44,487 nucleotides of DNA. Origin: Acinetobacter phage NJ01. The position numbers and the translations under genes are program-made. The notes below the pieces were generated by a model that saw only the letters and a list, made by a program, of their open reading frames with translations, was not told the origin of the DNA and searched no databases. The stretch is from the sequence record OQ221563.1; one strand, written 5' to 3'. Shown piece after piece: positions 25,623 to 34,708 of this stretch (position 1 is its first letter; every line of letters starts with the position of its first letter).

Positions 25623-26177
25623 GTGAAAGCATACGAATACTGCAAAAACGCCGCCACCACTATGGAACAGCGCGGGAAAGAAAACGGCTATGACAACGCG
25701 AAAGAAGAACGCAGCGCTAAACAAATCGCTGCCGTGTTTAACGCGCTTACCGGTCGCGACCTTACCGAGCAAGAAGCCTGGACCTTCCTGATCTGCCTGA
25801 AGCTGGTGCGCCAGCACCGTAAGCACCAGGAAGATAACATCGTGGATCTGGTGGCGTATGCCGCCCTGCTGGGCGAGTCTTACATGACCGTGCATGACGA
25901 GATTCAGATCGATACAACGGCAGCACAATTCGACAGCCTCAAAGGCCTGTCCGTGCGTCTCGACGGTGAGATTAATGCGTATAACAGCGCAATTCGCGTT
26001 GCAGAGGACACGGTGGCCTCGTTCGGCAAGACTGTTAGGGCCGCCAATTTTGGAGTTGTAGCCCAGGACGTCCAGCCTATGGTCGTGCTCACCGGCGAAG
26101 ACGGATCGAAAATCTGCATGACGCAGGAAGATTTCCGTAACATGGAAAAAACACTGGTGACTGGCGCACTTAAATAA
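25623..26177 (+). CDS. Hypothetical protein with all-alpha MazG-like / dATP-dGTP pyrophosphohydrolase-like N-terminal region
   Basis: ENGYDNAKEERSAKQIAAVFNALTGRDLTEQEAWTFLICLKLVRQHRKHQEDNIVDLVAYAALLGE follows the G.Y...A..ltG..lt..daw.hm.h.Kl.R.......D...DlagYAal..E pattern. Start uncertain (GTG at 25623 with AAGGG RBS, or ATG at 25662). Confidence 0.4.
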   Translation: MKAYEYCKNAATTMEQRGKENGYDNAKEERSAKQIAAVFNALTGRDLTEQEAWTFLICLKLVRQHRKHQEDNIVDLVAYAALLGESYMTVHDEIQIDTTAAQFDSLKGLSVRLDGEINAYNSAIRVAEDTVASFGKTVRAANFGVVAQDVQPMVVLTGEDGSKICMTQEDFRNMEKTLVTGALK

Positions 26178-26218
26178 TTTAATCGCGGGCTTCGGCCCGC
26201 ATCAATGAGGGATTCACA

Positions 26219-26794
26219 ATGTACGGCGAATATGAAATAACCGGTAAACAATTCCACCTGGCGGCAATGATTGCAAGCATCGAGTTTGAACAGTGGCGCT
26301 TAAAGTCTGACGCGTGCAAGCAAAGCAGACTCGTCGGTGTGCTGGGCGAAATGTTTGCAGGCATGTACCTCGAAGGGCAGGCGGGCGGGCGTAGCTGTAT
26401 CCCGCAAGGTTTGCTAATGCGTACCGGCCTGTTTAGCGCTAACACTATCGACCGCGGCGATATTATCATGGTCGGCAAGCGAAAGGTAAAATCCGGCCCC
26501 GACTTCCGAGAACATATGATTGATGCCGTCTGGACCTACGAGGTTAAGGCCACCAGCGGCATCCGTCGGGGGTTGGTGGAGGCACGTTGCGCTCGCGAGT
26601 ATCTCACTCGACGAGTTGCCGGTGTTATTCTGGTGGGGGTATCGTTCGGGCAGCATAGCGCCAGCGGCGTGATTGAGGATATTGCGGAGCCATACGTGAT
26701 CGTGAACGACTGGCCCCTGGTGGAAGTGGAAGGTAAGGAATATTACGAAAGCCCGCTTGTGCGGCGCAAAATGGACTGGGAAAACTCAAACTAA
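26219..26794 (+). CDS. Hypothetical protein (191 aa), possible PD-(D/E)XK-like fold
   Basis: GDIIMVGKRK...AVWTYEVKA could be a D...ExK core; otherwise no motif. Confidence 0.45.
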   Translation: MYGEYEITGKQFHLAAMIASIEFEQWRLKSDACKQSRLVGVLGEMFAGMYLEGQAGGRSCIPQGLLMRTGLFSANTIDRGDIIMVGKRKVKSGPDFREHMIDAVWTYEVKATSGIRRGLVEARCAREYLTRRVAGVILVGVSFGQHSASGVIEDIAEPYVIVNDWPLVEVEGKEYYESPLVRRKMDWENSN

Positions 26795-26822
26795 AAAAAA
26801 AGGGGCAGCAAAGCCCCTTTTC
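26793..26822. terminator. Bidirectional intrinsic terminator between the early block and the tail genes
   Basis: A8-AGGGGC-agcaaa-GCCCCT-T5. Confidence 0.75.
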
Positions 26823-26827
26823 CATCT

Positions 26828-28618
26828 CTACGCACTACTCGTGGCTGTTTCCAATCCTGTTTCGGGCATTTGCACCCGGACAGAAATGTAGGTGCTCGGT
26901 GGAATATCCACCGGGTCGCCGTCTTCGATACCATCCATAATATTTCTCGCGAACGCAGGAGCGTTAGTATGCGTTCGATGGTAAGTGCGAATCTCAATAC
27001 TACCATCATTCAATACCGCATAATCCAGCCACAACAAAGGTTGCTTGTTTACATCCACCGGTATCTCAAAGCCGCCATTGACCCCACCCCAGGACGCGTC
27101 GGAATTGAGGCCCAGGCAACCCGATATGACATAAACACCTTTGGACACCCGTGTTACAGAGCAACCTTTGGACTCGTCGTTAAACTCTGCGGTTCCGTCG
27201 CCTTTGATTTTCACAATAGGTGATGCGATTTTGATAAAACCGTTGCTGTCAACAGTGGTGTTTAGGTCACGAATTAAGAAATCCCGCCAGTTAGTGATAA
27301 GCGCTGGGTTGGACGTACGTTGCCGATAGCGCGGGGCTTGATTTGTTATAGTTGAAAAACCAATTTGTGACCAGTTACCTGTACTGCCAGGGCCACCACC
27401 ACCCTCCGCAATTGTCATAATCTCGGCGTAGGTGTAAGGGCCACCGTTGCCCCCAGGCCACTGTGACACATCAGCGCTATAAAAGCCAATGCCCGTGTCA
27501 AGTTCCGGCGAAGCGTAAAGTGTGTTGATAGTGTGGTCGTAGTTCATTGCACGGAGACTACGACACGCCGTAAATGTTGTAGTGCCTCCTGTGCCGCCAC
27601 TCTGAACAGGTAACGCCGCGCGTTCATGTGTAGAGCTGTTATAGTAACCCCAGTCGCTAGACGCCACAAAGAATGTGTACGCGCCACTAGGTTCTAAAAT
27701 TGTGGTGTCAATGGTAGACTGCTTGAAGCGGTCGAGATCAAGATTGGTGCGTGCTTCCGCAACATCAGCAACGTCACTAAGGTTGCTGGCTTTTGCCAGA
27801 AATCTCGACGGGTCGATCTCATTCTTGAATTGTTCAGCCTCGTCGCGAATAACGCCGGTGTCAGTCTTAATCTGCTCAGTCTGGTCCTTGATGGCCTGCG
27901 TATCCGTCTTAATCTGGTCCGTCTGCGTCTTGATGATATTGGTGGCGTCGTGGATAGCCTGTGTTTCAGTCTTGATCTGGTCCGTCTGCGTCTTGATGGC
28001 CTGTGTTTCAGTCTTGATCTGGTCCGTCTGCGTCTTTATGGTATTTGTTGCGTCGTGGATAGCCTGTGTTTCAGTCTTGATCTGGTCGGTGGCATCGCGG
28101 ATGCCCGCGGTCGTGTTCTTGATGCCTTCGGCCTCGTTGCGAAATCCTTGCGCGGCAGCCTCCGACGCAGCGGCTTGTTGTTGCAGGTTGCGCATCTCAA
28201 CGGGGTCGATTTCCTTCATCAATTGCGACAGGTAGCCCCATGACATACCCTGCATAACTTGCCCGTTCGGCAGCGTTACCGTGATTTCTTCAGCGTCTCC
28301 GAAGATCGCACGCCAGTTGTTTTCGTCCGCGAGCATCAAGCGCAACGCTTTCTGTGCCTGTACTGTTACGCCCATCGTTGCCAGCGACATGGTATCGCGC
28401 TTAACGCCATCCCACGCAAGGCCTGCTGCCGTCGGGCCGTCGAACGGCAGCACCAGCGTAAGCGCGGTATCGCTTTCGACGGACGCGATCGCAACAGTGT
28501 AAGGGACTTGCCCAACCACCAGCGATAAGAAGTCGCCTGCATTAAACGCGGTAAACGTCGTGCCTACCCCGACAACCGCCTTGCTGTTATTCGTTACGGA
28601 TAGTGTACCCGCTGCCAT
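26828..28618 (-). CDS. Side tail fibre protein with a long coiled-coil pseudo-heptad repeat region
   Basis: 596 aa. Repeats of TQTDQIKTETQAIHDATNTIK and variants (residues ~175-260) give DNA tandem repeats at ~27830-28120. C-terminal Gly/Trp-rich distal domain. Confidence 0.8.
   Translation of the reverse strand: MAAGTLSVTNNSKAVVGVGTTFTAFNAGDFLSLVVGQVPYTVAIASVESDTALTLVLPFDGPTAAGLAWDGVKRDTMSLATMGVTVQAQKALRLMLADENNWRAIFGDAEEITVTLPNGQVMQGMSWGYLSQLMKEIDPVEMRNLQQQAAASEAAAQGFRNEAEGIKNTTAGIRDATDQIKTETQAIHDATNTIKTQTDQIKTETQAIKTQTDQIKTETQAIHDATNIIKTQTDQIKTDTQAIKDQTEQIKTDTGVIRDEAEQFKNEIDPSRFLAKASNLSDVADVAEARTNLDLDRFKQSTIDTTILEPSGAYTFFVASSDWGYYNSSTHERAALPVQSGGTGGTTTFTACRSLRAMNYDHTINTLYASPELDTGIGFYSADVSQWPGGNGGPYTYAEIMTIAEGGGGPGSTGNWSQIGFSTITNQAPRYRQRTSNPALITNWRDFLIRDLNTTVDSNGFIKIASPIVKIKGDGTAEFNDESKGCSVTRVSKGVYVISGCLGLNSDASWGGVNGGFEIPVDVNKQPLLWLDYAVLNDGSIEIRTYHRTHTNAPAFARNIMDGIEDGDPVDIPPSTYISVRVQMPETGLETATSSA
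27830..28120. repeat. Intragenic tandem DNA repeats (period ~42/63 bp) encoding the tail-fibre coiled-coil
   Basis: Repeated ctggtccgtctgcgtcttgatgg and cctgtgtttcagtcttgatctgg units. Confidence 0.7.
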
Positions 28619-28639
28619 ATCTGAATCCTCTTAAATTGG

Positions 28640-28668
28640 TTGCATTAATGGTTAAGCAGTGCAATACT
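28640..28668 (+). promoter_or_regulatory. sigma70-like promoter with an ATTGGTTGCAT element for the plus-strand lipoprotein gene
   Basis: TTGCAT at 28640-28645 and (A)ATACTA about 17-18 bp downstream. Confidence 0.4.
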
Positions 28669-28698
28669 AAAACTCAACCAAATATGGGAGATGATACC

Positions 28699-28920
28699 AT
28701 GAAAACTTTAATTATGATTTGTGCGGTTCTTTTGGCGGGTTGTGCGGTAGAACGCAACAACGGCGATTGCATTACGGTAGCTTTCGGAAGCTGCATGTTG
28801 CGCTACGTTGACGGGCAGAAAGTCCCTGCGGGGGATGTGGACATGCGATTCACTGGTCTGTCTGCCGATAGTGACGGCAATTTTTCCGGCACTGTTTCAG
28901 TTAAATCACGGGAGTGGTAA
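28699..28920 (+). CDS. Small lipoprotein (73 aa), candidate Llp/Cor-like superinfection-exclusion (receptor-blocking) lipoprotein
   Basis: MKTLIMICAVLLAGC lipoprotein signal with LAGC lipobox; GGGAGA RBS. It lies on the opposite strand to the tail genes, between the tail fibre and J, with an early-type promoter. Confidence 0.6.
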   Translation: MKTLIMICAVLLAGCAVERNNGDCITVAFGSCMLRYVDGQKVPAGDVDMRFTGLSADSDGNFSGTVSVKSREW

Positions 28921-28922
28921 TA

Positions 28923-29888
28923 ATGGGCGCTGGAATACTTATCGACTACAACGACGGACGTCCGGTAATGGAGATAACCGCCGGACTACGCGCTCCGTCA
29001 TACTGCACTACGTTTGACCAGCGCTGCCAGTCCGATAAGACGCTGACCATTAATACTCCGCTAACCCCAGGGTCGGATCTTGTCGTTGCGCTCACGCGTC
29101 CGGTAGAAGTGATTGAGGTCTTCGACCAAACGCTGGTGCTCCCGGACCCATTCTACGTTACGTCTGTACAACGTAACGGGGATAGCGGCATTATTCTACG
29201 AGGTGCGGACGCGTATAACGCATACAGTGGTCTTCCGCAATGGGCTGGGATAATTATGGAAGTGCTGCCGGTTGGGTCGCGCAATGCTGGCTTACTGGTG
29301 GCGAACTCGACTGACTTCACCGCCATATCCAACGTGGCAAAGCTAATGACCTGCCGATACGCGCAGCGCGTTCGCGTCAATGGTAGTATGGCCTTGCCGG
29401 TCAGTGGTGTTCCGTTCGCGCGCTGGGACGATGGCAACGTGTCGGTAGGATTCGATGGCGGCAGTATTATCGTCCGTAATGCGTCCTATGGCGGTATTGA
29501 CGATGTGGCGGCTTCGGTGGACATGGATCTTGTTATCTTCAACAATACGCCGCCATCCCCGGGGGCCGGCATTACCATGACTAACAACCAGGGCCAGGTC
29601 ACGTTCTCAACGGTAAACAAGCCGTTTGTATTCGACCGCACGATTAATATCGGTGGCGGCGACCAGTACATCGGCAATAGCCTTGTCCAGCTATCATTCA
29701 CTGGCGCGCTCATTGAGAGCAACGGCGGCTATAACCACGTCCGCATGAATGGGATACGAATGGCGGGCGGTAATGTGCGCATCGCCAAAAACCGCGTCGT
29801 TGGCAACTACTCACGGCAGCAATTCCAAATGCCAGGTAAAAACATTGCAGTTCCAACCCCGTTACTCGTCATCCCAAACATGTATTAA
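28923..29888 (+). CDS. Hypothetical protein (321 aa) co-transcribed with the lipoprotein; possible tail-associated/receptor-binding or host-interaction protein
   Basis: Gly/Asn-rich, beta-rich composition. TAATAATG coupling to the lipoprotein gene; ends at a bidirectional terminator. Confidence 0.5.
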   Translation: MGAGILIDYNDGRPVMEITAGLRAPSYCTTFDQRCQSDKTLTINTPLTPGSDLVVALTRPVEVIEVFDQTLVLPDPFYVTSVQRNGDSGIILRGADAYNAYSGLPQWAGIIMEVLPVGSRNAGLLVANSTDFTAISNVAKLMTCRYAQRVRVNGSMALPVSGVPFARWDDGNVSVGFDGGSIIVRNASYGGIDDVAASVDMDLVIFNNTPPSPGAGITMTNNQGQVTFSTVNKPFVFDRTINIGGGDQYIGNSLVQLSFTGALIESNGGYNHVRMNGIRMAGGNVRIAKNRVVGNYSRQQFQMPGKNIAVPTPLLVIPNMY

Positions 29889-29913
29889 AAAGGGGCCATC
29901 CGGCCCCTTCGCA
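29886..29913. terminator. Bidirectional intrinsic terminator
   Basis: AAAAA-GGGGCC-atcc-GGCCCC-TTCGCATTT. Confidence 0.65.
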
Positions 29914-29914
29914 T

Positions 29915-32900
29915 TTACCACGTCCCGACTTTCACCCTGCCCCCGCCAGGTAATGGCACGTTGACGCCAGTTGCGTCGATAGTCACGGTCCCACCTGAGA
30001 ATCCGAAGTTACCGGATGTGGCGTACAGGTTGCCGCGTACCGTTACCTCGTTAAACTCCGCACCGCCATCCTTCCAGATACGCCAGCCGCGCGACCCTGT
30101 AACGAAGTTATTTGATTGCAGCGTGTCCGTGATCTGTGCGAAGTTGATGGACGCGTTCTTGATGCGTGCCGTGTCAATATACACCTGCCCGCCGTCAACG
30201 ATAAACGCGGACGACAGTGACCCATTCGACGGGTGCATAATGTAGAACTGGTCAGCCTTGAACGCGATACGCGATTTAACCGCGCCACCTTCTGCCACGA
30301 CGGAAAGCTGCATACCGGCATCATAGTAAGTCCCGTTATACGTCACGCCAGCCTTAAGGCTGTATGTGGCGCTTCCGCCAGCATGGTTAAACGAGGACGT
30401 CATCTTCTGCTCTATAGCCGCGGACTGCTCCCCGAACTGCGCAGCCACTTGGGTCTTATACTCCGCCAGCGCGCCCGCTACGTCTGCAGTTGCCGTTTGC
30501 ACTTGCTGGATGGCGGCTTCCTGGTCCCCGAACTTAGCGGCAACAGTTTGCTGGTACTGGGCGAAGGCTTGCTCGTGCGTGCTTTGCGCGGTCTGCAACG
30601 TGTGGATTGACGCTTCCGCATCGTCAAGTCGCGTGCCGATCAACGTCTCCAGTTGAGCGACCGCCTTGTGGGCGTCCGCCGCCACGTTATACGCGACCGA
30701 GATTTCCGCATAAATACCCTTGTACTCGGCGCGGGCGTTGAACAATTGCTGCGCGTCGGTGAGCATCGCCTCGTAAATACCCTGCGGGATCGTGTCGATT
30801 GCTTCCTGGAAGCGTTTACCATCCTCGGAAGTCAAGAACTCGTCATCAAGCCCCTTCATGTACTCGTCAACTTTGTCACTCACCTGCCCTTCAAACGGGG
30901 CCGACCAGTCCGACAGGTTGCCGATTTTATCTGCTACGCGGGCGCGCAACTGCTGGTATATGCCGAACTCCAGCGACGTTTGCGCGTACTCCGCGCCAGG
31001 ATATGGGACGTTTGTTAAGAATTTCCACTCGGTTTCGCCCGTCTTGCGGACTTCAAGCTCGGTGTAAGAGATATCCGTCGCGGCGTTGTTGTGATTCCAC
31101 TTCCACAAGATCTGGTGGAGGCCCGAAATCGCGTTGGTGATGATAGGCGCGTTAAGACCACCGAGGCGACCTTCCACCGGCGTGATGGGAGACGACACCC
31201 ACGGGGACGAGATTTCGCCCATGCCAATTGCGCGGACGCGTGCCTGGTAGTTACCGGAGAACACGTTAGGGATGTGCGCCCCATTCGACGCCGTGCGCGG
31301 GATATTCACCCAGTCGTTACCCCACTGGATTTCCATATTCTGCAAGCTGGTGCGTCGCCACTGGATTTCATACACCACGGCATCTTTCACCGGTGGGAAA
31401 ACAATATCCACGTTGGTGATTAGCTGGCCTTGCGATGAAATCTGCGACGGTGTGATGGTCACGGATTCCGGCCCCTTCATTACACCGTCCGGCACTTGCG
31501 TGAAGATGCCTGGGTCAAGGCGAGCGCCATTATCAACGGCATCATACTTGCTATCGTTGTATTCAATCCCGCGCACCGAGAAAGTGCTGGTAGCGTCGTC
31601 ATATTCCAGATCGGTGATGCGGAATTTCTGCAACTGGATATCATCACCATCAACGCAAAACGGCTGGTCTGGAATCGGGTCGGAATCCAGTGCAGTTTTT
31701 AACGTGACCTTGTTGCCGTTGACGCTGGCGATCTCGCGAGTCTCCACATTTCCGCTATCGGTGCGCACCAGGAACTTATCACCAGGGCGGAATGTGATTT
31801 CGCTGTCCGTGTTCAGCACGGTGCGCGTTCCGGGGTCTGACAACAGGCGACCGCCGCGAGTCTCGAATCCGCCAGAAATGTTTGTATCCGCGATCGCGAC
31901 TACGCTACCAGGAATAAAGAATAACCCTTCCATGCCCACCTTAAAACTAACTTGCTGGTCAAGCTGGTTGGATATTAGCGCCCAGTGCCCGCGGCGTTGC
32001 GCTTCAGATTCACGCGTACAGCCGATCGCCGTAATATCAAGACGGTTAATCTTATGGCGGCGCACCAGTTCGACGCGCTGGCCCGTTGCGATAGCGTCAT
32101 CATAGTGGTTTTTCGGGTTGCCGTATGCCACCGCGAAAGTGGAGTATCGCGTTTTCTGGCTGCCAGATGCGTAGTCGAATCGACCATCAATTACCGAGGC
32201 GTTGGTGATAGTGTGCGACACTGCTGCGACCGGTTGGTCACTGACGATATTCAACATTTGGTTTCCCCACCAAGTCATTCCGGCGAAGATGGCAGCCAAA
32301 TCCTTAAGCACGGTCCAGGCAGCCGTCTGTGACTGAATGTACATATCATTCTTAAAGCGGATTTCTCGACCACCGTTGCCGTCGCTGACCAACTGATCGC
32401 AGCGCTGCGCAATCTGGTAGAGCGCGTACCGGTTTAACATTTGCGGTTTGATACGCCGACCGAGGCCGAAGCGCTCTGTAATGCAAATATCGTACCAGTG
32501 CCACGCTGGGTTATCCGTCCATGCGCGTTTAAACGTGCCGTCCCAGTCGCCCGAATAGGTATGGTTAATCGGGTCGTAGTTGTTCGGGATCAACACCTTG
32601 CGACCTTTGCACTTAATGGACACGCGCGGGATGTTCTGGAACGCTTTAGCGTCGAACTCCACGAACAACAGCGCGGTTAGCGGGTAACGCAGGCGGGCGT
32701 CAATAATCTCAGTGATGGATTGCACCTGGATATCATTAACCACTTTCGCCGATGTGGAGTCTGCCGTTATGCGGTGCACCTCCACGCGCCAGCCGGTGTT
32801 AACGTTCGGAGGTAATTCGATGCGGTGGTCGCGCTCATACAGCGACATTGTTTTACCAACGGCGGCGAATCTGAACTCACGCGGGTCCGCGTTATCCGTA

Positions 32901-33361
32901 TACACAACGATCTTATAGTCGATGCGCCCGCCAACCAGGTCGCCATTATCTTCGTTTGTGTACAGGGCCGGAATGCCGATGCGAATGCGCACGGCGTCCA
33001 AACTGGTGTCGTTAATCTGGCGCACCCACGGCGTGCCGTTTTCCAGTTTTACGCCGACAGATTGCTCACTTTCCACCGCTGAAAATCCGTGGATCACATC
33101 TTGGTGCTGTGTTCCTGGGCGGAACTCCACACGCGCGCCGGGGAAGTTTTCAGACAGGTCTGCATTCTGGATCGGTGTCCCGTCCAGATATACGCGCCGC
33201 CGTAATTCGTTAGGGTCTGGAATACCTTCGAACTCACCTTCTCCCAGCGCAAGCAAGATGCGGATTTTAGCCAGCGAATGCAGGCTATCGGGTGTCTCCT
33301 GTGGGGTGTGCTGTTTGCCCCCGCCGCCTTTATGGCCTGTGACGTCATAGACAATCGTCAT
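29915..33361 (-). CDS. Central tail fibre / host-specificity protein (lambda gpJ-like)
   Basis: 1148 aa. N-terminus MTIVYDVTGHKGGGGKQHTPQETPDSLHSLAKIRILLALGEGEFEG parallels lambda J; fibronectin-III-like middle region. Confidence 0.9.
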   Translation of the reverse strand: MTIVYDVTGHKGGGGKQHTPQETPDSLHSLAKIRILLALGEGEFEGIPDPNELRRRVYLDGTPIQNADLSENFPGARVEFRPGTQHQDVIHGFSAVESEQSVGVKLENGTPWVRQINDTSLDAVRIRIGIPALYTNEDNGDLVGGRIDYKIVVYTDNADPREFRFAAVGKTMSLYERDHRIELPPNVNTGWRVEVHRITADSTSAKVVNDIQVQSITEIIDARLRYPLTALLFVEFDAKAFQNIPRVSIKCKGRKVLIPNNYDPINHTYSGDWDGTFKRAWTDNPAWHWYDICITERFGLGRRIKPQMLNRYALYQIAQRCDQLVSDGNGGREIRFKNDMYIQSQTAAWTVLKDLAAIFAGMTWWGNQMLNIVSDQPVAAVSHTITNASVIDGRFDYASGSQKTRYSTFAVAYGNPKNHYDDAIATGQRVELVRRHKINRLDITAIGCTRESEAQRRGHWALISNQLDQQVSFKVGMEGLFFIPGSVVAIADTNISGGFETRGGRLLSDPGTRTVLNTDSEITFRPGDKFLVRTDSGNVETREIASVNGNKVTLKTALDSDPIPDQPFCVDGDDIQLQKFRITDLEYDDATSTFSVRGIEYNDSKYDAVDNGARLDPGIFTQVPDGVMKGPESVTITPSQISSQGQLITNVDIVFPPVKDAVVYEIQWRRTSLQNMEIQWGNDWVNIPRTASNGAHIPNVFSGNYQARVRAIGMGEISSPWVSSPITPVEGRLGGLNAPIITNAISGLHQILWKWNHNNAATDISYTELEVRKTGETEWKFLTNVPYPGAEYAQTSLEFGIYQQLRARVADKIGNLSDWSAPFEGQVSDKVDEYMKGLDDEFLTSEDGKRFQEAIDTIPQGIYEAMLTDAQQLFNARAEYKGIYAEISVAYNVAADAHKAVAQLETLIGTRLDDAEASIHTLQTAQSTHEQAFAQYQQTVAAKFGDQEAAIQQVQTATADVAGALAEYKTQVAAQFGEQSAAIEQKMTSSFNHAGGSATYSLKAGVTYNGTYYDAGMQLSVVAEGGAVKSRIAFKADQFYIMHPSNGSLSSAFIVDGGQVYIDTARIKNASINFAQITDTLQSNNFVTGSRGWRIWKDGGAEFNEVTVRGNLYATSGNFGFSGGTVTIDATGVNVPLPGGGRVKVGTW

Positions 33362-33975
33362 TCGTTCAAATCCTCGGTTACGATTCCGGCTGAAATAATA
33401 GCGCCGCCGATCTCACGCTCGCCCCATAATACCCCAAGTGCCGTACCTTGCGCGGTCGTGTTTACAGGGCCGCCGAACGCATACGACGCTTTGTTATCCA
33501 CGTCCTGCCTGGTCTGCAATCCTTTCGGCTGTGGGGACAGCAATTGCATAGCACCGCCCAGCGCAAGCGACATGCCGAACGAAAATGTAGCCGTACCGAT
33601 AGCGGCAGCGGTTGCAGCCGAAGCCCCGAAAGCGGCAGTAGCAAGTCCGCCAGTATAGAACGACGCCACTACAATCGCGACACCCGCCAGCAATTGGCCC
33701 AGTCCGCTTTTTGCCCCCGTCATAACCGGCGCGATGGTAACGACGCGGTTGCCGTGGAACTCGCCAAGCTCATCATAACCGGTCATCGTGTGGTTGCCTT
33801 TGCGCACCTTGAACATCATATTGTCCAGGTGGGCCGACATTAAAAAGTCTTGTAACCCTGGCAACTTCACACACAGGCCGGTGATGCCTTCTCCCGGTGT
33901 GAAGCAGTCCATCTTATGCACTTTACCAAAACGACGCCCTAAGACGCCGTACAATTTAAACGTGGTCATTGCCAT
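33358..33975 (-). CDS. Tail assembly protein (lambda gpI-like)
   Basis: 205 aa with a Gly/Ala-rich hydrophobic C-terminal half; position between the K-like and J-like genes. Confidence 0.75.
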   Translation of the reverse strand: MAMTTFKLYGVLGRRFGKVHKMDCFTPGEGITGLCVKLPGLQDFLMSAHLDNMMFKVRKGNHTMTGYDELGEFHGNRVVTIAPVMTGAKSGLGQLLAGVAIVVASFYTGGLATAAFGASAATAAAIGTATFSFGMSLALGGAMQLLSPQPKGLQTRQDVDNKASYAFGGPVNTTAQGTALGVLWGEREIGGAIISAGIVTEDLNE

Positions 33976-34706
33976 TCTGTGATATTCCCCGGTAGGTCTT
34001 TATGACGTACCCATTTAACCACATTGTCGCGGAAAAATCCTGCCCGGAAGGGAATCACGCTCGACAGGCTGCCGTAGATATGGTGTAGTAGTTGGTTGCC
34101 CGGAAGGAATATCCCAGCGTGGTTAGGCACAGGCGCGCTAATCTGCATGATGACCATTGCCCCCGGCGTATTCTCCTCGCATTCCCTGAAGCCAGCACCG
34201 TACCAATTATCCATATACAGATTTTCGCCTGTCTCCCACCAGTTATACGGCACGCGGAAGTCTGGCAGGTTTACACCCTGCTTTTTGTGCCAGTCCATGA
34301 CGAGGCCATAACAATCTGTAATTCCTAGAACAAATCGGCGGCCTACCAGCGGCGGGTCTTCAGGGTCGATCTCGATAAAGTCGCCATATTCGTTAGTGAT
34401 GGTCCAGACTACGCCGCTGCCGTTGCATCCGTTAACGTCGCCAAGTGAGGGTGTAAGCTCTCGCTGGCCTGGATGCGAGTGGACTACGCGCACGACGTCG
34501 CCCATATCCTCGGCATCCATCCAGGCCATATCACTAATCGTGAATGCGTCTTTACGTGAACGCACGCCGGTCGGGTCTTCGAATACGTTCATGCACGGGA
34601 CAAATACTTGTTTGCGGCCCACCATGACAACCAGGCCACAGGCTTCTTCAGGCAGACATGCCGCGACGTGCGCGGCGATATCGCTTTTAACCTTTTTCGT
34701 TAACAT
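33966..34706 (-). CDS. Tail assembly protein (lambda gpK-like; MPN/JAMM plus NlpC/P60 domains)
   Basis: JAMM motif HSHP...S..D and NlpC/P60 Cys in DCYGLV. Confidence 0.85.
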   Translation of the reverse strand: MLTKKVKSDIAAHVAACLPEEACGLVVMVGRKQVFVPCMNVFEDPTGVRSRKDAFTISDMAWMDAEDMGDVVRVVHSHPGQRELTPSLGDVNGCNGSGVVWTITNEYGDFIEIDPEDPPLVGRRFVLGITDCYGLVMDWHKKQGVNLPDFRVPYNWWETGENLYMDNWYGAGFRECEENTPGAMVIMQISAPVPNHAGIFLPGNQLLHHIYGSLSSVIPFRAGFFRDNVVKWVRHKDLPGNITEWQ

Positions 34707-34708
34707 GG

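Noticed and set aside
27675-28243. Antisense ORFs (186 aa, 137 aa) inside the tail-fibre repeat region
   Set aside because: They arise from the periodic repeats on the opposite strand (Leu/Val/Ser/Cys-rich, highly repetitive) and lack translation signals.
31272-32105. 277-aa plus-strand ORF inside the J-like gene; similar long antisense ORFs occur in the tape-measure, primase (13113..13712) and pol genes
   Set aside because: Antisense to large well-supported genes, without RBS; typical GC-skew artefacts.
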